From: a virus
IMG/VR virus record: IMGVR_UViG_3300045988_133728
Coordinates: 37,250-101,249 of that record
Length of the DNA stretch: 64,000 nt
Direction: 5' to 3' (one strand)
Under the pieces are notes generated by a model. It was not told where the DNA came from. It made no database searches and saw only the letters and a list, made by a program, of their open reading frames with translations. Both the position numbers and the translations under genes were made by a program. Shown in pieces: positions 49,081 through 59,225 of the stretch; position 1 is the stretch's first letter, and every line of letters begins with the position of its first letter.

Positions 49081-49543
49081 CAGTTTTCTTTTCTCCCAAT
49101 TTTTCTACGCCTTTTTGCAGATCGTATTTAAACACTTCAATGATTTTCGTTTCTGCAATAGACTCACAATTCCAGTCTCCTAACGTGCCCTGCATACCTT
49201 TAGTTAACACAGCTTCGGCATCCTTAGGATTGCCGGCCTGGACATACATATAGCATGGAGTTTTCTTTTCTTTACCTTTCTTTTCATCCAGTGTAATGTA
49301 ATTTACCTTACACTTATACCAGTACTCAGCTTCTCCATTGAAGAAGATTTCCGACACTTTAATAGGATTTATTTTAACAATATCGAATACTTTAAATAAA
49401 TCCTTGAAAATCTCCAAAGATCTTGATTCTGCCTCTGTATAAGACAAGGCATCTACCAAATACTTTTCAGTTACTTTCTTCTTTTTGCCGTTCTCGATAT
49501 TATCAATCTCGGCTTTTACCGTAATTTCAAACCAGCGATTCAT
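49073..49543 (-). CDS. hypothetical protein
   Basis: ORF of 156 aa. Confidence 0.5.
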   Translation of the reverse strand: MNRWFEITVKAEIDNIENGKKKKVTEKYLVDALSYTEAESRSLEIFKDLFKVFDIVKINPIKVSEIFFNGEAEYWYKCKVNYITLDEKKGKEKKTPCYMYVQAGNPKDAEAVLTKGMQGTLGDWNCESIAETKIIEVFKYDLQKGVEKLGEKKTDD

Positions 49544-49554
49544 TGTATTAATAT

Positions 49555-49809
49555 TTAATTAGTTGATTTCTTTCCTTTCTCTATACTGTTTTTAAATCTT
49601 TCAGAACACCACTGCAAAACGTCCATCATCATCATCTCATTATTAGATAAGATACCTTTTATAACTAACGCCAATTGATGCTGTGACATTCGTTGGCTCA
49701 TATCAAATCTTCTTTCCTCTTCATTTACTATCGTAGCCACGAAATACTTACACCCCTCCAAATGTGTCAGGGCTTCAATCATGGCTTCTTTAATCTCTTT
49801 TTCTTCCAT
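49555..49809 (-). CDS. hypothetical protein
   Basis: ORF of 84 aa. Confidence 0.45.
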   Translation of the reverse strand: MEEKEIKEAMIEALTHLEGCKYFVATIVNEEERRFDMSQRMSQHQLALVIKGILSNNEMMMMDVLQWCSERFKNSIEKGKKSTN

Positions 49810-49884
49810 CCTGTTTTTTTGGACAAAGATATGTCTTTTGATAATAAAAAAGATTCAAAATGATTTAATTTAGCTTAATTGCTG

Positions 49885-50559
49885 CTATTTTAATTCGTCA
49901 GGTATAGGAACTGGTATAGACATGTCGAACTTTTTTCTGATAAACACCTCTGTTTCTTCATTGAATGGATAGGCCTCCTTGATAAAATTCATAGCCACCT
50001 CCATGTCGCCGTCTGCTATATCCTTATACCTCTCAAAGATGCCAACCATGTCGTTGTTATATGAACGCTCTTGTTTTATATTGTACACGTATTTCAACAC
50101 CCTGTCTTTAATTTCATTGGCTTTTTTCACGGTGTCATTGAAGGTATTTATACCTGTCAATTCAGGGTTTTTATTTTTCTCATCTATCTTATCAAACTCT
50201 TCCTCGCTATATCCTGTTTCTCCTTTAACAGCCGGGCAAACACCCTCCTTCATGATCCAAAACTGTTCATACGATCCTTCCAGATATCTCGATTCTGTTT
50301 TAAATGCATTATACTTGACAAGCAAATTAGCCACCTCAGTTGCACCTTCTATGGTTCTAAAACCGATGCCGATATCTTTTAATACAAATAATGGAACTCC
50401 TGTTTTGGGGTACGAGATTTCTTTTTTGTTCTTTATATTCCAGTTTTTAGCTTCAATTGGAATACCTTTATTAGCAAGCTCTTTGTCTATATACAGACTT
50501 ATGTCTTCGTCTGTCAATGCCACAATCTCATCTCTGCTTAAATCAAAAACTGTTTTCAT
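49885..50559 (-). CDS. hypothetical protein
   Basis: ORF of 224 aa. Confidence 0.5.
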   Translation of the reverse strand: MKTVFDLSRDEIVALTDEDISLYIDKELANKGIPIEAKNWNIKNKKEISYPKTGVPLFVLKDIGIGFRTIEGATEVANLLVKYNAFKTESRYLEGSYEQFWIMKEGVCPAVKGETGYSEEEFDKIDEKNKNPELTGINTFNDTVKKANEIKDRVLKYVYNIKQERSYNNDMVGIFERYKDIADGDMEVAMNFIKEAYPFNEETEVFIRKKFDMSIPVPIPDELK

Positions 50560-50759
50560 TTTTCTTTATTTATTAAATTAAACAACTTACTTCTTTGTTC
50601 AGGCTCCGTATATTCTACCCATATATCGGCTGCCACATTTCTAAGAAATTCCATAAAGTCATGATGATCCCTATATTCAACAGAATCGACTTTTCTCACA
50701 AAACTTAGGATTTCCTTTAACATCTTATTGTTTTCTTCAAGAAGTTCTCTGTCGGTCAT
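50556..50759 (-). CDS. hypothetical protein
   Basis: ORF of 67 aa, overlapping by 4 nt. Confidence 0.4.
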   Translation of the reverse strand: MTDRELLEENNKMLKEILSFVRKVDSVEYRDHHDFMEFLRNVAADIWVEYTEPEQRSKLFNLINKEK

Positions 50760-50944
50760 AACCTTTCAAATTTTCTTCTTAATTTATTCATTCTTCTATT
50801 TTCTTTAAAACAAGGAAATGGCTTATCTTTTACCGATAAATAACCATCTTGAATACAGTCGCTTATAGCTTTAGAGGATAGTATTTTTACTAATTTTGTA
50901 CCCGATCTATCATTAGGATCGTCAAGTCCTAAAACGTTTTGCAT
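50756..50944 (-). CDS. hypothetical protein
   Basis: ORF of 62 aa. Confidence 0.35.
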   Translation of the reverse strand: MQNVLGLDDPNDRSGTKLVKILSSKAISDCIQDGYLSVKDKPFPCFKENRRMNKLRRKFERL

Positions 50945-51150
50945 TCCGGTATTAGACCTCGCCTCTACGAATTAAATAACATTCTCCTTTTTTATTAGGA
51001 TGCTTCTTAAACGGATCTTTTGGCAAATATATGTATTCATACTTATCAGTATATTTTTTTTGTTTCTCCAAATTGGATGAAGTGTTTTTCCTTTTTTGTC
51101 TCATAACTCTAACTTTTAAAAATGAATAATTAATTGAGGTATATAATTAC

Positions 51151-51417
51151 CTAAGGTAACAGATCACCTATGTAAGCATACCTTATTATCTTGTTTTCTG
51201 CCATGAATACATTCCAATAAGAAACTACATCTGCACGCTCAATTTTCCATATATTGTAAGACACACTGCGTTTCGTTTTAAATTCAACTAAGATGTATCC
51301 TGACTTTATAATGACTTCTTTTGCATCATGCCACACACTGTTGATGCGCCATTCTGCACCTGCTATGAAATCTTCACGGCAATTATCCTTGCGTAGAACA
51401 TAATCGTCTGCATCCAC
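51151..51417 (-). CDS. hypothetical protein
   Basis: ORF of 88 aa. Confidence 0.4.
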   Translation of the reverse strand: MDADDYVLRKDNCREDFIAGAEWRINSVWHDAKEVIIKSGYILVEFKTKRSVSYNIWKIERADVVSYWNVFMAENKIIRYAYIGDLLP

Positions 51418-51561
51418 TTCTTTGAGAACTCTTCTCCGAAAATGTGTTTTACCTACGGAATAATCTTTTGCTGCTTTTTCAATATCTTCTCATTTCATTT
51501 CTTTTCAGTTATTAGTAGCGGGACAGCTCTCATACCATCCCGCTACATAATTACAACCGTT

Positions 51562-51765
51562 TCAATCCTCCTTTGTATTATCATTGTAAGTTACTTCCAC
51601 AGAATCAAGTTGCTCATCAGATATTTCAATATTATTATTAATCTGCCAAGCTCTTATTCTCTTGTGGATTCTTTCGTTTTCACATTCTGTTACAAACCCA
51701 TTAAGACGTAAGAACACCCTGCAATAACAGGCTATTGCCAATTTCATTCTATTATTCATATTCAT
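51562..51765 (-). CDS. hypothetical protein
   Basis: ORF of 67 aa. Confidence 0.35.
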   Translation of the reverse strand: MNMNNRMKLAIACYCRVFLRLNGFVTECENERIHKRIRAWQINNNIEISDEQLDSVEVTYNDNTKED

Positions 51766-51771
51766 TTCTTT

Positions 51772-52248
51772 TTAGTTGTTAGGTAATTTCATAAAACACA
51801 TCCACATAGTTTTACCGCTCCGACCGGTTGTATGTCCGAATAAAGGCTGTCGGTCAATAGCTTTCAAAACCTCTTTAACGGTTACTTGGTCTTCATTCCA
51901 TTTGAAAACAAGAATACCGTAATCATCGAGCACCCGAAAGCACTCGTTGAACCCCTGTTTCAGCAATCTTGGCCAATCTTCTGACAGTTTGCCGTATTTC
52001 TTAGCTAACCAACTATTCTCACCAACCTTAACCAGATGGGGCGGATCGAATACAACCAGCTTGAAACTCTTAGCAAGGAAAGGAAGATTGGTAAAATCCG
52101 CGATGAGATCAGGATGAACTTTCAAATTTCTGCCATCACAAAGAATATGTTCTTCGTTCCGGATATCAACAAACAAGGCTGCTGGATTATTTTTATCAAA
52201 CCAAAACATCCTGGAGCCACAACAGGCATCCAATATAATTTTATCCAT
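51772..52248 (-). CDS. small DNA methyltransferase (amino-methyltransferase, N6A or N4C type)
   Basis: Motif I ILDACCGSRMFW is followed by catalytic motif IV VFDPPHL (DPPH/DPPY class). It is 158 aa, with no adjacent restriction-enzyme-like gene. Confidence 0.6.
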   Translation of the reverse strand: MDKIILDACCGSRMFWFDKNNPAALFVDIRNEEHILCDGRNLKVHPDLIADFTNLPFLAKSFKLVVFDPPHLVKVGENSWLAKKYGKLSEDWPRLLKQGFNECFRVLDDYGILVFKWNEDQVTVKEVLKAIDRQPLFGHTTGRSGKTMWMCFMKLPNN

Positions 52249-52412
52249 TCGACTCAGCTCTTTTTAAAGTTTATCTATTATTTTGTCACCCATTTCCTGC
52301 CATTCATTACTCACGCTTATAACCAATCCTATGACAGTGAATGATAATAACAACGTAAAAATAAGCCATAACAGAAAGCAGATAAAAACACATACATACC
52401 TCATGATTTTTT

Positions 52413-53159
52413 TTAGTTGTTAGATAAAAGCAAAATCGGTTCATTTGACTCCGCAATTGCTTTTATTTGTTCTGGATTGATAAAACTCTTAACTTGTTCG
52501 CTTATATTACAAATGGACTTGATCATATCAACGAATAATTTCGAGGTACATTCATTACACTCCACTTCCATTACCTGTTTATGTCTATTGTATGATATGC
52601 TCGTTACACAATTCAGCCAGTGCGCATAGGTTCCTTTTTCTGTATTTAACCTGCTGTATTCTACTTTTGTCTCTCCATTTCCATATTCAATTACTCTTTT
52701 TAGAAATGGTTTTGCATAAACACTAAAACCGAAAGGTTGGGCGTTTAAGGCATCTAAACGGGAAGTTCCATCCCTCCATTCTCCATTTTCATCGCCTCCT
52801 GTCCATTCCTTAGAGGGGTTAGGGACAATATTTCCGTTTTTGTCATATGAAAACAGGCAATTCGTTTCCAGTTGATACTTAATAACAGGCACTTCTTCTA
52901 CTATTTTATAACTCAAACATCTCTTCAGAACTTCCCTGATTTGACTCACCAGATCAGAAAATGATGTGCTATTGAAATATCCTTCGTTACCTAATCTGTT
53001 TGTAGGTAATTTGATCCCATAAGAACGAATCTTATCCACATCTTCTTTTGATAAAGTAACGGTAAGCACTCCTTTTTTGGTGATATTCACTTTAACAGTT
53101 ACAGACAAACTGTTATTAGCGTTCTTTTCCGTTATATTTAGTGTTGTTAATGCTGCCAT
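52413..53159 (-). CDS. hypothetical protein
   Basis: ORF of 248 aa. Confidence 0.5.
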   Translation of the reverse strand: MAALTTLNITEKNANNSLSVTVKVNITKKGVLTVTLSKEDVDKIRSYGIKLPTNRLGNEGYFNSTSFSDLVSQIREVLKRCLSYKIVEEVPVIKYQLETNCLFSYDKNGNIVPNPSKEWTGGDENGEWRDGTSRLDALNAQPFGFSVYAKPFLKRVIEYGNGETKVEYSRLNTEKGTYAHWLNCVTSISYNRHKQVMEVECNECTSKLFVDMIKSICNISEQVKSFINPEQIKAIAESNEPILLLSNN

Positions 53160-53177
53160 AATCAGATATTTTTAAAA

Positions 53178-53429
53178 TCAATTCGAATAAATATAATACA
53201 TTCCTGCTTCATATACCTTATGTACATCAGGGTCATTCTTGTCTTCCGGTTCCAATTCACTCTCTTCACAAGTATAATCCCATTCAGTATTATAGTACAA
53301 ATCCTCGTCTGTTTTCTCCAAGGAACAATCTTTCATTAGATTCATATTTTCTCCCCAAACTGCAACTTCTTGCTGTTGCTCTTCTTCTGTCATAAGGGAT
53401 ATTTTGTCTTTTAATTCTTTCCAGGTCAT
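53178..53429 (-). CDS. acidic hypothetical protein
   Basis: ORF of 83 aa. Confidence 0.45.
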   Translation of the reverse strand: MTWKELKDKISLMTEEEQQQEVAVWGENMNLMKDCSLEKTDEDLYYNTEWDYTCEESELEPEDKNDPDVHKVYEAGMYYIYSN

Positions 53430-53453
53430 GATTTTTAAAAGATGATTAATAAT

Positions 53454-53837
53454 TCATTCTACATCAAAAAGTTGATCTAACACCAATAATTCGGCATCCA
53501 TATCTTCATCTTTCGGGAAACGAACTTTTATGTTTCCGAATTTAGATGTCTTAAACAAGATGTAGGGGTTCATGTCTTCGGCAGTCACCGGCTTATATTC
53601 CTTAACCTCCGACATCTTGAGATACCAGTCGCCTATTTTCACAAACCCGGAGAAGACAGAACACAGATGCACTTTCACGGACAGTATTTCCCTTTTATCT
53701 TTAAAGGGTATAATTTCCTCCTTCCCTCTTATCCTGATTGACAAGAAAGGACGAATGTTATCTGTTTCATTTTGAAATTTGAAGCCTGTTATGGCTTGCT
53801 TGGGGATTCTTCTTCCCATTAATATAAAATAGCTCAT
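53454..53837 (-). CDS. hypothetical protein
   Basis: ORF of 127 aa. Confidence 0.45.
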   Translation of the reverse strand: MSYFILMGRRIPKQAITGFKFQNETDNIRPFLSIRIRGKEEIIPFKDKREILSVKVHLCSVFSGFVKIGDWYLKMSEVKEYKPVTAEDMNPYILFKTSKFGNIKVRFPKDEDMDAELLVLDQLFDVE

Positions 53838-54148
53838 TGTGATAAGTGATTTTGTTTTATATCAGGTAAGTAATTTGTAATAACATCAAGTGATATCCAT
53901 AACTCTGGCTCTATGCTGTTTTTTATTCTATCACTGAAAAGAGAATTATCATCACAATCACAATGAGAGATTGTGATATAACAATCTTGATAATCCCACC
54001 AATGAGCCGATTTAAAATCGTCTCCTCCATTCCAAAACCCTATTCTTATACCTCTTGGGTTGAAATCTTCATCTATCCAACTTGGGTGATAAGCCAACAC
54101 TTCTTCTCCCTCTGAAGGTTTTTCCTCTTTGAATTTCTTCCAGTTCAT
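53834..54148 (-). CDS. hypothetical protein
   Basis: ORF of 104 aa, overlapping by 4 nt. Confidence 0.45.
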   Translation of the reverse strand: MNWKKFKEEKPSEGEEVLAYHPSWIDEDFNPRGIRIGFWNGGDDFKSAHWWDYQDCYITISHCDCDDNSLFSDRIKNSIEPELWISLDVITNYLPDIKQNHLSQ

Positions 54149-54248
54149 CTCACCTTTAATTAATTAGACACAAATATACAAGTTTTACTAAGATGCCCTT
54201 CTGTCATCTCTTTGACATACTCCCACACCTAAAGTTCGCGGTAGTATG

Positions 54249-54602
54249 TCAATCTATTGATTTCTTCCCAATCTTTTTAATCTTTGTTGGTCTTGACAAT
54301 CGATAATCCTTTTCTATCGGCCTATCGAATACGTCATTCCTATATCCTTTATATCCTTTCTCGTAAATACTAACCCTTGCACAAAACTCAACCACATCGC
54401 CTGGTAATAAATCGGCGCTTTCGAATCCTTTTGTCAAATCAAACCACAAATGATCTGTTACTATTTTACCATCGAGTAACACGTCTTGTAAAAGTATTGT
54501 CTTTACAGGTCCTTTATACCCATCCCTGAATCCAAAACGAATGAATGTCGCTGTAAATACGTGCCGATCTCTTGATCCTATTATTTTCAGTTCTTTTCTC
54601 AT
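54249..54602 (-). CDS. hypothetical protein (possible partner of the ABC ATPase)
   Basis: ORF of 117 aa immediately downstream of the ATPase gene. Confidence 0.45.
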   Translation of the reverse strand: MRKELKIIGSRDRHVFTATFIRFGFRDGYKGPVKTILLQDVLLDGKIVTDHLWFDLTKGFESADLLPGDVVEFCARVSIYEKGYKGYRNDVFDRPIEKDYRLSRPTKIKKIGKKSID

Positions 54603-54608
54603 TCTCTT

Positions 54609-55415
54609 TCATTTATTTGTTTCACTTATGAAATTGACAACATCCTTTAGATATCCTTCTGTCATCTCTATGAAATTCACACAATCTAATTTGCTTAATT
54701 TGTAAATCAATGCCGGATTGTGTACTATGGCTATAATTTGCGTTTGTGGTTTATGGAATGACAATACATTATAAATTTGCATTATATTGTCAATGTCAAG
54801 ATTCCTGTCTGGCTCATCCATGAGAACCGTGTATTCAAAACTGCTTTCTGTTAATGTTATGCGGTTTCTTTTATAATACTTCAACAGACTATCAATTCTT
54901 TTAATCCAAAACGCATTTGATTTTTTCTTGTATTCTACAAGATCTTGTATTGGAAACGTATAATCCTTTTGACCGAACATTAAATTGAAAAGTGATTCCA
55001 ATGATAACACCACTTTCTCTCCATAAGATCTTCTAATATTATTCACATACAAATCTAAGTTGCTGATGTTTTTCAATACACTATCTCGATTCATCTCCGC
55101 CGATGGCAATAAACGGAATACTTTCCCTGCATAATCGGATGATATGTCAATCCCATCAAGAACCTTGTCATCATCATCAAATATAGGTGGAAAATCCAGT
55201 GCCTCGATCGGTATTTCAGAGCACATGGATTTCTCACATAACGCATACATTGATATGATGTTAAGCAAAGTTGATTTTCCACTACCGTTTTTACCTACAA
55301 TCACATTCACTCCTGGCTTGAAAATAAATTCTCTACTATTTTCAAACGCTTCTATGTCAGAAGCATATTCAAAAGGAGTTTTTGTATTGTCTTTTATTTT
55401 TACTTTATATATCAT
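54609..55415 (-). CDS. stand-alone ABC-type ATPase (minimal SMC/RecF-like AAA_21-type)
   Basis: Walker A VIVGKNGSGKST, signature-like RSYGEK, Walker B TVLMDEPDRNLD and H-loop IAIVHNP are present. It is 268 aa with no transmembrane or substrate-binding domain. Confidence 0.65.
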   Translation of the reverse strand: MIYKVKIKDNTKTPFEYASDIEAFENSREFIFKPGVNVIVGKNGSGKSTLLNIISMYALCEKSMCSEIPIEALDFPPIFDDDDKVLDGIDISSDYAGKVFRLLPSAEMNRDSVLKNISNLDLYVNNIRRSYGEKVVLSLESLFNLMFGQKDYTFPIQDLVEYKKKSNAFWIKRIDSLLKYYKRNRITLTESSFEYTVLMDEPDRNLDIDNIMQIYNVLSFHKPQTQIIAIVHNPALIYKLSKLDCVNFIEMTEGYLKDVVNFISETNK

Positions 55416-55687
55416 TTTATACTGGCTATGTTATAAAACATACGGATGTTATTTAATTTCATATTTTTCTTCTCTAACTTTGTTTTACTCAATCGAATCA
55501 TATAGTCCCTTGTTTCGGACAAGACGGTTGGGTAAAAGAGGTCTTTGATATAAGGTTTTACCCTAAAAAAAATATTCGTTGGGTAAGTAAAATCAAAAAC
55601 GTTTTGTTTAGTAAAAGAATCCGGTGATCTCACTTTCGAGCAACCGGTAGAGGGTATTGGTGATACCCAGTATGAAGTTTCATACAA
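55412..55687 (-). CDS. hypothetical protein
   Basis: ORF of 91 aa. Confidence 0.35.
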   Translation of the reverse strand: MYETSYWVSPIPSTGCSKVRSPDSFTKQNVFDFTYPTNIFFRVKPYIKDLFYPTVLSETRDYMIRLSKTKLEKKNMKLNNIRMFYNIASIK

Positions 55688-55757
55688 ATGTATATTGTTT
55701 TACGCTTTTTTGCGTAAAGTGGTGTATAATCACCTTGATGTTATCATTGTAATCCTT

Positions 55758-56612
55758 TTAAAAATCAATTACCGCCCGAACCATGTCTCCGATGTGCTTG
55801 TTGCCAGTGCCCGTGAGGCCACTGGAGAAGACCACGTACCACGCGACGGCCTGGCTGCTCTCAGTACTGGACCAATACCACGTCGAGGAGAGGGGAGATG
55901 CCGAAACATAAGCGAATGCTTTGTTTAGTTCGTTCATATAATGGGCCATTAAATTTAATTGACCAAGAGATGGTATATACTCGCCATCTTCCAGCAGATT
56001 TCTCAATTTTGGATTTCTGGCTACAAGGCGTTCCGTATTGCCGCGTCCGTCAATGTCAAACAGCGCATCACATTCACGTTCGTAATATGTCCCACTTCCG
56101 GATTCTTCACGGCTATCATCGTCAAGCAATTGTACGATATCATGCTCCGTCAGTGAGATTGCAAATGACATGTATCTGTGCTTCAACCCGATGTATCGTA
56201 CACAATCTTTGGAGTTATCGCCGGTAAACGGCTCTGCATGTCCGTCTTCGTAGATTATATATAGTCCGTCAGTTGACTCTTTCTTATCCTCTTCGGATGG
56301 TACTCTGTTTTCACATGTACATTTCTCACTTTTGGATCTTACGATTATATTCAATTCATTTAATACATGATTCCTGATGACATTCTCGCACGCTCTTCTT
56401 ACAAAATCATGATCTCTTTGTTTGAGTTCATCATTCACCATGCATCTGATCCAGTTTTCTATCTGGTTGTCACCTCCATATGTATTAACCATGTACCGTT
56501 TTACGTGTTTCTCCAATAACGGCTCTATGTTTTTGATTATATCTTCTTTGGTAAGGTGAAGTTCATTTAATATACAGTTCCTTACCGCCCTGTATTCTTT
56601 ACTTGTGCTCAT
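55758..56612 (-). CDS. DUF1566 (Lcl C-terminal / Fib_succ_major-like) domain protein
   Basis: The C-terminus GEYIPSLGQLNLMAHYMNELNK...SSTWYWSSTESSQAVAWYVVFSSGLTGTGNKHIGDMVRAVIDF matches the remembered w.lPs..eL...yWSST...aw.v.f..G......k.....VRcV pattern. Confidence 0.5.
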   Translation of the reverse strand: MSTSKEYRAVRNCILNELHLTKEDIIKNIEPLLEKHVKRYMVNTYGGDNQIENWIRCMVNDELKQRDHDFVRRACENVIRNHVLNELNIIVRSKSEKCTCENRVPSEEDKKESTDGLYIIYEDGHAEPFTGDNSKDCVRYIGLKHRYMSFAISLTEHDIVQLLDDDSREESGSGTYYERECDALFDIDGRGNTERLVARNPKLRNLLEDGEYIPSLGQLNLMAHYMNELNKAFAYVSASPLSSTWYWSSTESSQAVAWYVVFSSGLTGTGNKHIGDMVRAVIDF

Positions 56613-56623
56613 GATATGCCCAT

Positions 56624-57091
56624 TTAATACTGTGAATCATATTTTCTTTCTCTCCCGCTGTCTTCCCCTATAGGATTATCCCATCCGTATTTTACAGCCG
56701 TAGCTTTAAATAGAGGTAGCCCGTAAAATCTATAATCATCCTCATCCCAGTCTTCAAGACCTTCTTCCAGGATGTAGTTCCACATCATTACACATTCAAA
56801 CATTAAACTGGCTGATATTCCTCTCTGATTTAATGCCTTTTCAAAACCGAATCTTACATCTTCTTCAAGCTGTTTCAAAACATTCTCCCTGGTAAATTCA
56901 ACTACAGTACTGTTCCACCTTTCTTCGTTATTGTATTCTTCGTTCGGCTCCATACCGAAATCCTTTATCATGTTATATGGGATAAATTTAGCCAGTCTGT
57001 TAAAATCTCTACCGTCTAAACATTTTGATGCTAATCCTTTAAGTTGTTCTAATGTTTTCATAAGCAATTTTGTTTTATAGGTTAATCCCAT
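56624..57091 (-). CDS. hypothetical protein
   Basis: ORF of 155 aa. Confidence 0.5.
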   Translation of the reverse strand: MGLTYKTKLLMKTLEQLKGLASKCLDGRDFNRLAKFIPYNMIKDFGMEPNEEYNNEERWNSTVVEFTRENVLKQLEEDVRFGFEKALNQRGISASLMFECVMMWNYILEEGLEDWDEDDYRFYGLPLFKATAVKYGWDNPIGEDSGRERKYDSQY

Positions 57092-57267
57092 CCTCCAGTA
57101 GTGTACAAAGATACATCTTCCTCCTCTACGTTTACACCTTTAATAGCCTGTAGAAGTTTTTTCTTTGTCTCCCGGCACATATTGTAACCATATCCTTTAT
57201 ACCGATATGAGCGCTCCCATGTACTTACTGGAAAAGGAATATTTTCGTCAATGACCAGCCTCTTCAT
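57082..57267 (-). CDS. hypothetical protein
   Basis: ORF of 61 aa. Confidence 0.35.
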   Translation of the reverse strand: MKRLVIDENIPFPVSTWERSYRYKGYGYNMCRETKKKLLQAIKGVNVEEEDVSLYTTGGWD

Positions 57268-57442
57268 ATGAAGATGTTCGAAGAATTTCTCATGATAGAG
57301 TAGTTTGTACTCGTATGCTACTATACTTGCAGATGAGAATGGAAAATAATCATAATATTTGTATCGTTTTCATTGTTCACTATCTAACTAATATACGACC
57401 CTGGCCACAGACAGCCAGGCCGACCTCATGGCAGGCTCCACC

Positions 57443-57631
57443 TTACCCTGGCTGTTCTGCCCACTCCCTGTACCCTACGTTAAAACCAATAGGATCATAC
57501 CTTTTGATCATAGTGCCGTAATTCTCTCTACCGCAATACCTGTTCTTTCCTCCAATGATCCATGTTTCATCGTCTCTATCTGGAGATATGGAGTTAAGAA
57601 ACTTCTCATAATCTTTTCTACTCTTTCCCAT
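57443..57631 (-). CDS. hypothetical protein
   Basis: ORF of 62 aa. Confidence 0.35.
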   Translation of the reverse strand: MGKSRKDYEKFLNSISPDRDDETWIIGGKNRYCGRENYGTMIKRYDPIGFNVGYREWAEQPG

Positions 57632-57986
57632 CTTTGTCTTGATTTAAACAATAGTTAATAAAATAAGCAACCTGTTCATTTTCCCCTGTATTATCATAAT
57701 CACCTAAAGTCATATCATCATAATCCAGCAGAACTATACGAAAATCGTTTTTTTTGACATACACTTCCGTTAAATACATAGGAATCCCAGCAATTTCTAT
57801 TATCACCGGAAACTGATCATCGAAGTCAAACGCATCATTAGTTTCTTTAAACTCTTTAAATTCTTTGAATTTTAGCTTTATACTTCCACCGTTCTCCACT
57901 AATGCCTCTTTGATGTACTTTAATCTTTTTGCATTCAGATCAACCTCTGCTTTTTCTATTTCTTTGTACAATTCATTCAGATCCAT
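57618..57986 (-). CDS. acidic hypothetical protein
   Basis: ORF of 122 aa. Confidence 0.45.
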   Translation of the reverse strand: MDLNELYKEIEKAEVDLNAKRLKYIKEALVENGGSIKLKFKEFKEFKETNDAFDFDDQFPVIIEIAGIPMYLTEVYVKKNDFRIVLLDYDDMTLGDYDNTGENEQVAYFINYCLNQDKDGKE

Positions 57987-58488
57987 ATTCCACTATATTT
58001 ATGTTATCGAATTTTTCTTTTATAACATCCAAGGCACCACACTCGTTTGTTACCATAACATACTTTCCTGGCTTCATTCTCCACAGATTGAAATACCTTG
58101 TCACATTTATAATGTTATTAAATAATGATATTTCGTATCTTGTGTTCCCATTTTCATCATGTCCAGCTTTTTTAAAATAACATAGGGTCGGCTTGTATTT
58201 GAAATAATTAAAAAGCCTATACCATCCCTTTCCGTTACATGTTTCACGATTCCATATTCCAGTAAGCTTCCTATATCCCCTTACCGGTATTTTCTCTATT
58301 TCTTTTGGTACAATCTTGACATACTCTCCTTCTCCGATTGGTATAGTCATATTACCTGCCTCTTCCGTGCAAAAGTATTCTATTTCAGATGCCATTCCTT
58401 TATACACATAGAACCGGTATGGGTTCCCGTCAGGGTCTACCCGATCCATATAGTATAATATCACTTTGTCTACTTTTATCTTTTTCAT
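57973..58488 (-). CDS. hypothetical protein
   Basis: ORF of 171 aa. Confidence 0.5.
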   Translation of the reverse strand: MKKIKVDKVILYYMDRVDPDGNPYRFYVYKGMASEIEYFCTEEAGNMTIPIGEGEYVKIVPKEIEKIPVRGYRKLTGIWNRETCNGKGWYRLFNYFKYKPTLCYFKKAGHDENGNTRYEISLFNNIINVTRYFNLWRMKPGKYVMVTNECGALDVIKEKFDNINIVEYGSE

Positions 58489-58736
58489 TCCTTTATTCTC
58501 CTTATCTTTAAATCGTTATTCCCACAGTATTCCTTCAACCAACTATCCGTTAGATAACGATTAACTCTATCGTATTTCTTTTTCGGACCCTTGCTCCAGA
58601 ATTTCCATTCGTTTGTGATATTGTACCCATATTTATCAAACCAATGGATATAATACACTACGTTACCGTACAAATCCACTCTTTTTCTTTCCTGTATGAC
58701 TACCTCGTAAGGCATCTTCTTGCCTCTTTTCTCCAT
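58485..58736 (-). CDS. hypothetical protein
   Basis: ORF of 83 aa. Confidence 0.45.
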   Translation of the reverse strand: MEKRGKKMPYEVVIQERKRVDLYGNVVYYIHWFDKYGYNITNEWKFWSKGPKKKYDRVNRYLTDSWLKEYCGNNDLKIRRIKE

Positions 58737-58814
58737 CTTTGTCCTCCTTTCTTGAATAAAAAAAACGGCACCTATCTTCGCAGACCAGTGCCGGTAACTA
58801 ACTTACATGGAAAA

Positions 58815-59225
58815 CTATTTTACTTCAACTAATTCTACAGAGCTGTAGAATTTAGTGAAGCTACCAACAAATTCTCTTATATTTTTATATTCTTCTGGTC
58901 GTTTTCTGTTACCGTCTTTTATATAATTTACCCACAGTCTATCTTCTATGCTCTTAATCGCATTTTCTATAGTAAATTCGTCGCTGACACACATTAAACA
59001 CGAAGATCCGGTTTTCTTATGTGGTTTATACACCCTTGAAAAAGACCACATTTTTATCCTGTCGTATATATATCCGTTGTTTGGATAAACGAATCCTATC
59101 CGGCTGTCACCTTCTTTAGCATAAAACACACCTGGCTCTTTCCCGCCTTTCTTATACACAATAAATCCTTTTTCTTTTAGGATCTTAACCACTTTATCTA
59201 ATTTATTTTCTACGTTCATTTTCAT
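58815..59225 (-). CDS. hypothetical protein
   Basis: ORF of 136 aa. Confidence 0.45.
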   Translation of the reverse strand: MKMNVENKLDKVVKILKEKGFIVYKKGGKEPGVFYAKEGDSRIGFVYPNNGYIYDRIKMWSFSRVYKPHKKTGSSCLMCVSDEFTIENAIKSIEDRLWVNYIKDGNRKRPEEYKNIREFVGSFTKFYSSVELVEVK

